From Hyphochytrium catenoides (Eukaryota; Protista; Hyphochytriomycota): DNA of 41,238 nucleotides. A program made the translations under genes and the position numbers. The stretch is from the NCBI GenBank assembly GCA_900088475.1, contig FLMG01001571.1, forward strand, positions 1 through 41,238, in the 5' to 3' direction. The notes under the pieces were generated by a model that saw only the letters and a list, made by a program, of their open reading frames with translations, did not search any database and had not been told where the DNA came from. Positions 1-10,448 of the stretch are shown here, in pieces (the stretch's first letter is position 1; every line of letters begins with the position of its first letter).

Positions 1-1200
1 ATGGCGGGGCGAGCTAGACAGCCGCAATATTGGGGCCGAAAGGAACTTCCATTCTCCTGAAGAGCACGGAAGGGAGAGAATCAAATGAAGCTCCGAGAGA
101 CAAAAGGACTGAGGTCATCTGATATATAGAGGATAGACGGACAGGGACAGGATGAGATACCAGAAACAGAAAGGATAGGACAACCAAGGCTCTCTCCCCC
201 TCTCTCACACATTCTCTCTCTTTTTTTCTATGTGTCTCCTTACTTTGCTCTTACTCACTGACGCGGTCTCTCTTTCTCACAGTGCCTAGATGTCTCTGTC
301 TCAAAAAGTTGTCCCTTAAGAGTAGCTGTTTACCTTGGCCATTGCCTTGACAACCTTGTTCCCATAGACCTCCAAGTAGTTTGGATGGCTCATGAATCTC
401 TCTCCGTGGTCCGTCTTGATCCTTTCAAGCACCGAAAGGACGAAGCGTTGAGAGAAAAGAGTGCCGCATAGCTCCCAAGGGTAGTCCCAGTCATGACTGC
501 CTTCTCCGAGAGAGAAGAAGAGGATTTCTTCCTCTCTCTCTCTTAACACTCTACCGTCCTTATTGCCTAGTTCTTGGCTGTGACCGTTAGCTCTCTCTCC
601 TCCGTTCCTGGCACTTTCTCTCTCATCTCTTGTGCTCCAAGTGCCTATCTCTCCTCTCTTCCTTCCCGGTTTCTCAAGAAGTGGCAGCTCTTCAGGTCTG
701 AAGAGCCTCAAGGACGGAAGCTGCATGACAGAAGTCGAGGGATGGCAGAAGGTCACGCCAGGGCTAAGCTTCAGATGACAGGCAATATTCTTCATTTCAT
801 CTGCTCGAATAAACTCTATGGCATTCTGAAGATCCAGATCCCGATAATAAACCGCGTCATCGACTCCGAAAAGCACGAACCCATCGGCAAATCTCTGAAC
901 AAGCGTCACAAGCTGAGACGCAAAATCTGTCTCCTTCACGAAGTTGACATCTGGAAAGAGTTTCTGAAGGTGGCGGTAGGAGCCCTCGAAGTCAGGAGAC
1001 GAGGCGTAAAGAACAGAGATGTGAAGTCTTCCACTCTCTCCGCCCAGCTCTTCTCTCTCTTGTCCCGTTGTCCCTCTCCAATGGAGATGCTCAAGGCAAG
1101 AGCGCAGATACTCCTTAAGCTGGAAAGCGCGGTCTTTGGAGAAGCAGATTAGGTGCACCGGGCCAACGGCAGAGGATGAGGGAGGAGAGAAGTCATTCAT
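1..1200 (-). CDS. Putative GT-A-fold glycosyltransferase-like protein (FSKDR-motif family), 3' partial; exon 1 1200-334, exon 2 from 56 off the window edge
   Basis: ORF 316..1200 has LICFSKDRAFQL, YASS..F..SY..L...FP.V.FV.E, a DxD-like FVLFGVDD and DWDYPWE..G..F. Donor AAG|GTAAAC at 333; acceptor CTCTTCAG at 57 continues in frame as ENGSSFRPQYCGCLARPA. Confidence 0.6.
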
Positions 1201-1264
1201 GATGCAATCCCTGCCCCCTATGGAGCTCCGCGAGAGCTTTCTCGTTTTTCAAGTTTAAGGTCTC

Positions 1265-1759
1265 GCACGCTCTTTCTCTCTGTTGCTCTCTCTCTCTCTC
1301 TCCTTTCTCTTTTTGTCTCTCTCCGCTCGCTCTCTCCGTCTCTCCCTCTCCCCAGAGCTTTCTCAGCGGTGAGCGCTTTGGCTGTGAGTGAGCCCTAACA
1401 GGTGTGTCTCTGATCGTTCTCTCATGTAAATGGTGAGCCGAGCTTCGGCAACTATAAGAAGCGAACCTGATCATCAGACAGCAACCTCACGTCCCAACTG
1501 CATCCGTTTTCCTTCCCATGACTCACCGCCAACGTCCTTTCTCTTTCCTTCTTTCTTCCGTTCTTTCTCTCTCCGTCTCTCTCTCTCTCGGTCTCTCTCT
1601 CGGTCTCTCTCTCTCTCCCTGTCTCTCTCTCTGTCTCTGTGTCTCTGTGTCTCTGTCTCTCTCACTATCCCTCCCTCTCTCTCTCTCTGTCTCTCTCTCT
1701 CTCTGTCTCTCTCTCTCTCTNNNNNNNNNNNNNNNNNNNNNNNNNNNNNNNNNNNNNNN

Positions 1760-1793
<34 letters not shown>

Positions 1794-1960
1794 TTCTTTC
1801 TTTCTCTCTCCCTGCCTCTCAATCTCACTCTCTCTTCGGTTTCTCACTCTTTCTCTCTTTCTTTCTTTCTCTCTCTCTGCCTCTCAATCTCACTCTCTCT
1901 TCGGTTTCTCACTCTTTCTATCTCTTGATCTGTCTCATGCTACGAAGCCCTCTTGTTTCT
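1265..1960. repeat. (CT)n/(GA)n microsatellite and low-complexity tract with N gap at 1721-1759
   Basis: Long ctctct runs directly visible; the overlapping SL/ER-repeat ORFs are artefacts of it. Confidence 0.95.
1812..1919. repeat. Direct duplication with 65-bp period between the divergent GT-like and TRM6 genes
   Basis: ctgcctctcaatctcactctctcttcggtttctcactctttct starts at both 1812 and 1877. Confidence 0.9.
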
Positions 1961-2187
1961 TCTTCCAGACTCCTCTTTGCCCGAACCTGTCGCTCAGAGT
2001 CCTGATGCCAACGTCTGTTCACAGCAACCTCTCCGCCTCTCGTCAAAAAGCGCCATTCCTCCTTAGACCCAGAGGCCAAACTCCATTAGAGAGTCTAAGA
2101 AGGGAGACACTTCTCTCTTGTCTTCCTCCTTTTTCTTTCCAGCCTTAGCAGGCACATTAGGGAGAAGACCAGGCAAGCAGGGGAGAG

Positions 2188-2956
2188 ATGAGTAGAGAGA
2201 CAGACGTTATAAAGGAAGGAGACTTTGTCTGCGTGCATTCCAATGACGACAGGAAGAACATCGTGGAGATTATTGCCAACAAGTATGGTGCCCTGTCATC
2301 GCCTCCCTCTGTCCTTCATCCATTGTCTCCATGTTTCCTCTCTCTCTCTCCTCTCTCTCTCTNNNNNNNNNNNNNNNNNNNNNNNNNNNNNNNNNNNNNN
2401 NNNTCTCTCTCTCTCTCCTCTTTCTCTCTCTCTCTCTTTCTCTTTTGATATATATATACCTCAATCGCTTCACGCTGCTTCTTCTATTCCTCGTCCGTCT
2501 TGGACTCTCGCACTGACATTCTTCTGCCGCTCGTCACTCCTCGTCCCTGGGCATCTCACTTGTCGCTCGCTCTCAAGAACAAGTAGATTTGGAAAGACCT
2601 TCGTCAATCTCCACCAGCTGATCGGCAAGAGGTTCGGGTAAGAGCCTTCTCTGGCTCATGTTTGTCACTCCCTCTCCCCGTCTCTCTCCTTATTCAATGC
2701 ATCTACGTCCTGCGTGATCTGTCTCTCTCTCTGTCTCTCCCGCTGTGTGGCCCGGTCTTGTCTCTGTCGTGACTCAGAGAGCACGCACGTGCCTCTCTCT
2801 TTCTCCTCCTTGCTTAGAATGCTTTGTCCCACTCTCCGCTTTTTTGTCGATATTTCCCTAGACTCTTCCCCTTAGTTGCACCCGAGTCGGATGGTTCTTC
2901 TCTTTAGTTTTTTCTCTGAGTTTAACTCTCTCTCTCTCTCTCTCTCTCTGTGCGTG

Positions 2957-3009
<53 letters not shown>

Positions 3010-6000
3010 CGTTTCAATATCCTTTCGCTCCTTTAGGAGTGTTTTTGAGCTGCAGAAGCGCCAGTTAGTGGTAGTAGACGGAGATCTCCAGCTAGAAGGT
3101 CTAACGGCGAATGGTAAGCGCTGCCACTTGACCAGAAGAGAAAAGTGTCCTATCTTAAAGAAGAGACGAAGAGAGAGGAGCTAAACGGGCTGGCCGATAA
3201 AAGGAGAGTAAAGAGAGAGAGAAATAGAGAGAGAGAGTGAGGAAGGAAAAGAGATTAAAAGAAGCGGAGAGATCTGTCTTTCCTCCGTTCTCAATCTTTG
3301 TTATGTGCCTAACACTCTCTTTTCCCTATAGAAAGTGTAGAAGGCGGCACAAACAAAAACTATGCGGACACGAACACGGCTCAGAAGCTGAGTGAGCAAG
3401 AGATTTTAGAGATGAAGGAGCAGGGCGTCTCAGGTGAGGAGATGTTTCTGTCTGTTTCGCCTCTCTTGCAACCTTGCTAGTCTCTTGCCTATGTTCTCCT
3501 CTCTCCCGGTCTCTCTCTACGTGAGGACAGAGTGAGGCATGCACCCTCAACGTTGTAGTCCTTCATGCCCGCACTTTCTCTATGGGTTCTCGCTGTTGCC
3601 AAAGGTTTCTTCACATCTTCTATTCTCTGTCTGTTGTCGTCCAGCTCTCCCAATCCTGCTCTCTTTCTTTTCCATTTTCTCCATTGTCTCTTCTCCTCTC
3701 TTCTCTCACCGTCTCTTTCCTTCACTCTCTCATTATCTCTCACTTCTATCTTCCCCTGCCGCTAGGTCGTGAAATAATCGATAAGTTAGTGCAAGGGAGC
3801 GACACGTGGGACACGAAAACAGCTTTCTCTAAGGAGAAATATCTTAGGAAAAAACAGAAAAAGTGAGCCATCAGCTCTTTACCTCTACGACTTGAGTCTT
3901 AGACTGCGCTGACACTGCAGCTCAAGATTTTCCTCGCTTGATGCTGTGTGCATCAGTTAGAGTGTGTCTCTCTCCTGAGAGTGCCTCTCTTATTCTCTAC
4001 TTTAAGTTATGCAAGGACTATATCGTAACGTTATCTGTTCGGGATTCCTTTTTCTGTTGAGCTTTGCTCTGCCTTTCTCTGTCGTCTGCGGACTGTGCAC
4101 TTCTTCTCCCTCATATTTAATCTCTCACTCTTTAATCCCCAGATACATCCCTCGCTTTAGAGTTCTGAAGTGCACATCGAAGCTGCTCTGTGAGATCTAC
4201 TTTGAGAAAAATCCACCCAAAATTGGGTACGGAAACGAGAGAGGCAAATGTGCACAGATGCACGGGCTCCCCATGGCTCTGCAGTTTCTCTATTCCATAG
4301 TCTCTTTCGGATTTTCGTTCTGTTTTGCTGGGTGAAGGTCCAGTCTCCAATCTTGGGTCGCTTCTCGCTGTGATGGAGATAGTGCATCCGAAATCTCGCT
4401 TCCACTTTGACTTTCGATTGGCCCTTGTTTTGGCCGTGCATGATTTCTTTCCTCTCTTTTCCGTACCCTCAACGATTGAAATATCGCCAGGAGTATGAGA
4501 AGCGACTCTTTAGGACAAATTCTTGCCTATTCCTCAGTGCATTGGGGCAGCAGAGTTTTGATAGTGGACAACTTTATGGGGCTAGTCACTGGAGCAGTGA
4601 TGGAGAGGCTTGGAGGTAGGAAACGTTTGTCTACGAGTTAAGAGGACGAATGGCTGTCAGAAAGAAGTTGTGTTGCAGAGGTGGCCACCCTAGACAGAGG
4701 TTTGCTTTCTTTTTAGAGTTGTCAGGGTGAAAAGAAGGAGATACTTAGAGCCAGCGGTTTTGGAGACTTCGAAGTCCACTCCTTTTAACCTTTGTCATTG
4801 TTTGAAGTGTCGTCCTCTCACTCTCTAACCTCAGGCAGTGGCCAGGCACTGGCTTTATACAGCGGACAGCAACTGGCAGCTGATCTCATTCGAAGGTTCA
4901 ACTTCGGTAAGCTTCTCTCCTCCCTTAAACGCAGTCTGACGGCTTAGTATCTCCAGAGGATCTATTCTGTTATTGCGCTTGCTACTTCTATTTCTTCAAC
5001 CCAACCAACGGGCAAACTGGTAAACGCCGCTGCCCTCGGTCGATGTTCCTGGTCTGCTTGTCTATTCCTACTAGGCAGCATCGGGCCAGCATCGCATTTT
5101 TGCTCCATCATTCTTCTTAACTACCTAAGCTGTGTGGTTGATAGTTGTCATACTCTTCTTATCGCTAATGCTTCTTACAGATGAGGAACACCAGGCGACA
5201 TTAGTGCCGATTCACATGAGTGAGATTGGGAATCTTAATAAGGTGGATGCACTTCTAGCTCTTCTGCCACATGCTTGTTTGTGCTGCTTTCTTATCCCGG
5301 TTGGTATCTCACGGTCTTCTGGGCCCATTTGTCTCCTCCCTCTTTGTTTGTCCCTTCTTCCCACTCATCAACAGGACGAGGAGGAGCTCCGAGCTGTAGA
5401 GGAGCAGAGTAAGAAGGAAGAAGATGAAGAAGTCACAAAGAGAAAGGCGGAATGGTTTGCTAACCTCAACGAAGTAAGGAATGCCTTTGTCACCTTCTTA
5501 CACCCGTGGAGCAAGGCTTTATACATTTCTCACCCTACTAGGCCGAGAGAAAGAAGTATTTAGACAGACAAAGGAAACGAGATGCACAGCTATCGCCCTC
5601 GCAGAAGCGACAAGCACTCAGAGATGGAAGCGATAGGTAGAAACAAAGCCACTTTCCTTATCTTAGTGCCTTGACTAGTCGCCATCGATCTCCACTACTT
5701 TGTGCCGGAATGACTACAGCCTAATCTCGCTATTCTATGTTCTAGTCTCTGAAGTGTAAAGTTTAGGTCTTAACTCACGTCAGCGCTACTTTGCAGCTTG
5801 ATTATTGCGTCATCCTTTGACCCGATAAAAGTGCTTCGAGCACTGTTAAAGTATCTCAAGCCTTCGCGTCCTGTCACTATTTATAGCGAGTACTTGGAGG
5901 TATATGACCCATTCCGCTTCTTTGGCGGCTTTTCATAGTTCCCTCCTCTCCTTCTGGTCACGACATGCGATCCCATCCCAAGGTCTCTCTCTGCGGCTCT

Positions 6001-6679
6001 TTGTACGAACAATTCCTCTATAGTGACAGTCTTCCTGGACGAGATCTGTTCCTGTTTTTTCGCAACTTCTGGGTTTCGTGCCTTGTCAGTATGAGCTTCC
6101 TTGATTCATAGTGTTTTTTTCCCCATTAGCCTCTGGTAGAGTGCTTCGACTATCTGCAGAAGAGTGGAGAAGCTATAGGACTGCAGCTAAGTAATACCTG
6201 GACCAGAGAGTACCAAGTAAGCACCCCTTCTCCTTTGCTAGATTTGAAGCCAACTCTGTCTGTTGCCCTCCCCTCTCTTTTGCTCTCTCTTGCTCCTCTG
6301 CTCACCCTAGCTCCTTCGCTCTCCTCTTTTTCCATTGTACTTTCAAAATTGAGCAGTTCAGATGCCTTTTGCGCCAGTTCACTCATCCAACTTTTGTGGA
6401 GTCGCTTGTATAACTCATACCCTCGTTCTCTCCTCACGATGGCTGCCCTTCACTGTCTAGGTGCTTCCTTCGCGGACTCACCCTCAGATGTCAATGAGCG
6501 CTGAGAGCGGCTATATCCTTACTGCCATTAAGGTCCTTCCCTCAGACCAACAGGGCCAAACCGAGATGAGTCAATGCATGCTTAAGCAGCAAGTAGATGA
6601 GTCGATATCTGACAGTATTGAGGCACAGAAAGATGGCAATCCTTCAAAACGCGCACGGCTGAGTTCTCCGCCGTCATGA
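2188..6679 (+). CDS. TRM6: tRNA (adenine-58-N1)-methyltransferase non-catalytic subunit (Gcd10/TRM6), about 14 exons
   Basis: Spliced product contains NKNYADTNTAQKLSEQEILEMK, GREIIDKLVQGSDTWDTKTAFSKEKYLRKKQKKY, MRSDSLGQILAYS, DNFMGLVTGAVMERLGG, YLKPSRPVTIYSEYLEPL and WTREYQVLPSRTHPQMSMSAESGYIL. All introns are GT-AG and in phase. Confidence 0.93.
2335..3010. repeat. Intronic (CT)n microsatellites in TRM6 introns 1-2, N gap at 2363-2403
   Basis: ctctct runs at about 2335-2445 and 2926-3005. Confidence 0.9.
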
Positions 6680-7058
6680 GACAACTAAGAGACTGCAAGA
6701 AGTGCGCAATAAATTATTCGTTAAAGAAAATGTGTCGGAAGGAGTGAACCCTGCCCATGATCGAAGTCAGGCGGTTTCAATCCACAACGAGAGAGGAGGA
6801 GTTGGGGTGTCCCAGAATGTGAAGCAAGGAAAAACTCAAAGAACAAAGCGCGAAGAGACTTCATCAGTGGAGCCTGAGGTTGAGACATGGCCTTTAAGGC
6901 CGACGCGTAAGGCTTAGACAGAGATCGTTCACGGCACACGAGGGCAAGGACCTTCCATCTTACGTTTCGTCCTCCATTCCGACGGACGTAGAGACAGAAC
7001 TTCAGTGACGGCCCTGCTTTCTCCTGTAGGACCATGGAATATAGGGAGAACGAGCAAG

Positions 7059-9826
7059 TCACACATGGCTCCCTTGCTTCTTCCTGAAGTGAAACAGACA
7101 ATATTCTTCCGCCATCTCATTGAAATGCAGCTCGAAGAGTGAGGGAGAGCAATTCACGAGGGGGTTCTCCTTGTAACTCTCAGGCGCTAACATGACTTCG
7201 CAATCAAAGCCTCTCTCTTGCATTTCCTGCTTGAATAGAGATAAACCCTGACGCTCCTGGCTGGCCACATAGAGAACGCTACCGCCTAGTGATGCAAGTA
7301 AGGACATGGACACCAGTAAGCGATCGTGATAACTTTTGATTTCGGTCCAACCTATCTCTCTCCTCTCGGTACTTCCCTTGCCTTAGAAACCACCGCCTTT
7401 GTAAGCGCCTTGCTTGTTTAGGCCAATAGACTTGCTAGGTCTCTGGCTCATGCATTTTTCTTCCATCTGACTCTCTCTTTTTCTGCCAGACTCTCTCTCC
7501 CCACTGTCATTCACTTTGCTTTCTCTTCTTACGTTTCGTCTGCCCTGCGATTCAGTTCCACACATATAGGAGGAAACCGATCCTTACCTTCGCTAAGAGA
7601 GTGCTCTACTACGGCTATTAGGGCTGGAACAAGGCCTTCTGTGTAGATGAGGTCCGACCCAAGGATGATATCGCCAGAATTCTTATCGGGCCAGCTCTCT
7701 TTTTCAAACCAGTTCACTTTTTGCACCTTTAGCATGCGCTTTGGTGGAAGAGACGCAGCACGACACTCCCTTTTGTGGTTGCTCCAGTCTCTCTTTTGAC
7801 AGTCCTTAGAGCAATAGACGACAGCCCTACAGCGGCCACACTTCATCAATTTTCCCTCTGGGTTATCCGGAGTGAAACGTTGAACTGATTTGCAGAGATG
7901 ACAATGAGAGAGAGACATGTTCTCCGACTCCTTGTCTAATGAGTCTTCGTCTTCTGCGAGATTTGGGGAAACAAGTCAGTATTGTGGGTGCTGCTCTTTC
8001 CTCTTCCCTCGTGATGCTGAACTTCATACCTAAGCTACAATCCCTCTACTAATATCAGCCCCAAACGAATATCTGACCGCTCATGTTTTATCCTGCGATG
8101 ACCTCGTTAACCCGATCTTCAGGCTCAGGACAATCTAACCCCCGGTGCGTTAGCGCCAGAACCATTACGCTCTGCTTCTCGTTCCCCTCCTACCTTGCCC
8201 CTACGTGCCTGTCTACTCACTGATGCTCACCTTGATTTAGCTTGGCATTGAACGCCAGGTTTTCTACGGTGTGGTCCATCAAATCCGTCAGGATTACTCC
8301 CAAAGTGTCAGTATACAGATGAGCTGCCAGTCCTGGCACGCCGCATCCTGCACCCAGTTCAAGCACCCTCTTCCCTTTGAACAGTGGGGACAGAGAGACA
8401 ATCCATCTAGCCAAGAGGAGAGAAGCGGACCACACTGTAATACCAGTCGTGTCATCGTTCGCGTCTGCACCAAAGGCTTCTCCTGTCCAATCAAGACCCT
8501 GAAAAGAGCTGTCAGGTGATAATTGGGACACTAGAGAGTGACTGCCGATCGGCAAGAGGATGGGCAAAGGCTGGGCTTACCAGCTCGCGGACTCTCAAAA
8601 TTTTACCGCCCTCCTTCAACCTCATTTCTAACGTGGTTTCTTGGACCACTCGGCTTCCGGATGGGCCTTTAGGTCGTTGTACGGAACTGTCTCCGTCTCC
8701 TTCTCCATCTGCATCCTCGCCATCTTCTCTCACCTACAGTGAGATGGTGACAATGAGCCTGACTATAGAACGCACGTACTTATAAACGCGGTTGGTGCAG
8801 TCACTCACCTTTCCGCCATCCGTCTTCAGCTTTTCTTCGTCCGCAGATTTATGGCTTAGCAGCAATCCAACTGGCACGGCAAGCAAGTGTTGATCGTTAC
8901 TAACTAAAGCTAAAAAGGACGATCTACCACGGAATGTAGGACCTTCTTGTCGAGAGCTGATGGAGATAGTTCCGTAGAAAGTTTCTTGTACCATATAAGC
9001 ACTTACTTATCTCCGCCTCATTGGTGAGGAAGGCTTCCGTCAGAGACCCCTTCCCAAAGCTATTCCGAGCTAGCACGTCAATGTCGGGATAGCCCTCTAA
9101 TAGAGCCTGGACTACCTCCAGGCGCTTGTTCTGAACCGCCCAGTCTAGAAAGAATGAAGATCAGACAGAATTCAAGAAGGGGAGCAAAAAAGGGCGAAGT
9201 AGAGAGGTAAGCGACGTTACAAATGCTGAAGTGGCCGTTGATCAAGCGTCAGGATAACTGTGTACGGGCCACTGTGGACAACAGCGGCTGCGAAAGAAGG
9301 GTGAAAGGATCTTGCCATGACAACCCAGTAAGGAGAGGAACAAGCCACACATTGACTCCCCCGCTTACGTACGCAGTGGAGTATTGCCACTGTCATTGGG
9401 CAGATGAGCTGCCCCTCTCTCTATAAGTAGCCTCACGCAGTCCACATGACCATTGGCGCTCGCTGCAGGAAAGATAGAGTAAGATCCTTGTAAGAGTTGA
9501 TCACAAAGTGAAGAAGATGTTCTTCCACCTCTATGAAGTGCGGTTGACCCCCCAAGGTCTTTGACATTTATGTCAAGCGCTGGGTAGGAGAAGAGCTCTA
9601 ACAGCGCATCACGATCGCCATAGCGCGCAGCCTCAAGGAACTCTCGTTGCAGTTCCTCCAAGGAAGGCTCGGGCTCGCTAGTAGCGGCTTCTGGCGGATT
9701 CTTAGAAGGAGCATTCTGTTGAGGCTTCTTATGGCAGTCTTTGCAGACTGGACGATCTGTCTTCAGTTGTGAAGCTGTGAAGCTCTTCTTGCTCTTCTCC
9801 TGCCTGCAGTCCCTGCAGAGAGTCAT
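7059..9826 (-). CDS. Multidomain protein: Stc1-like CxxC...CxxC finger, Yar1-like ankyrin repeats, and MTF16 seven-beta-strand protein methyltransferase with an inserted zf-MYND; 8 exons
   Basis: Approximate exons 9826-9529, 9462-9373, 9144-9007, 8870-8809, 8733-8581, 8498-8230, 7953-7588, 7285-7059 join in phase via GT-AG. Motifs: CRDC..KSFTASQL..CKDC; STALHRASANGH, GNTPLHWAVQN, RNSFG; DTTGITVWSASLLLARW, VLELGAGCG, ILTD; C..C...CGRC....YCSKDCQKRDW..HKREC; VNW, DIILGSDLIY. Confidence 0.88.
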
Positions 9827-10448
9827 CTTCCTCTGCCTTCTGCCTCTGACTCCACTATCCGTCTCAGGAATCAGCTGACCTCAGTAGGATGTAGTTTCTA
9901 TGCCGGCAGGCGCGATGATCTCTTGAAATAGCAGACGAGTCGATCTGCTGATGACAGCGAAGTGTGCCTTCTTCTGATGTGAAGCTTCCTCTTTTTGATT
10001 CTGAAGTTCTGAAGTTTCAGGGAAGGCGCAACCATTGGCTCAGACCTTCTCCAGGAGCTCTTCAGTAAGAAAACGCCGAAAGCTGCGTACGAAAATAACT
10101 ATCAACCTACTGCTGGGGGATTTCTGAGAGCACTACTACTTATAAAGCGTTGTACAAGAGAGAACGAGAAGCGGCGATACAAGGGAAGGCCAGAGACGGA
10201 GATGCGCTAAATCTTCGTCAGTAGCAAATCTCTATTATTCGGTCTGCGTCGTAGGTCCTGATCGGCAGTCGACAATAGCAGGAAGAGCCCTTGGGACAAT
10301 AAGAAAGAAGAAGGTCATTATAGAGAACAAGGAGGCATCAACAAAAAAATGCAGTTCATTAGTTGGTTTGGCTGATAGCAGAATGTATGGAAGAAGGGTC
10401 TGAGTAGCAGGAGTACCAGGAAGAGTCACACTTCTCTTCTTGCCCATA

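Noticed and set aside
574-1152. 192-aa plus-strand ORF
   Set aside because: Antisense shadow of the GT-like exon with no recognisable motif.
1193-2516. Many SL-repeat and ER-repeat ORFs
   Set aside because: Translations of the (CT)n microsatellite spanning N gaps.
3017-3026. ATATCCTTT U12-like donor in TRM6 intron 2
   Set aside because: It lies in the pyrimidine tract just before a normal AG; the GT-AG model is in phase and no matching branch/AC follows.
6513-6521. ATATCCTT in the last TRM6 exon
   Set aside because: It encodes the conserved SGYIL motif.
2188-9826. TRM6 plus the methyltransferase fusion as a translation-modification gene cluster
   Set aside because: Only two convergent genes; no support without conserved synteny.
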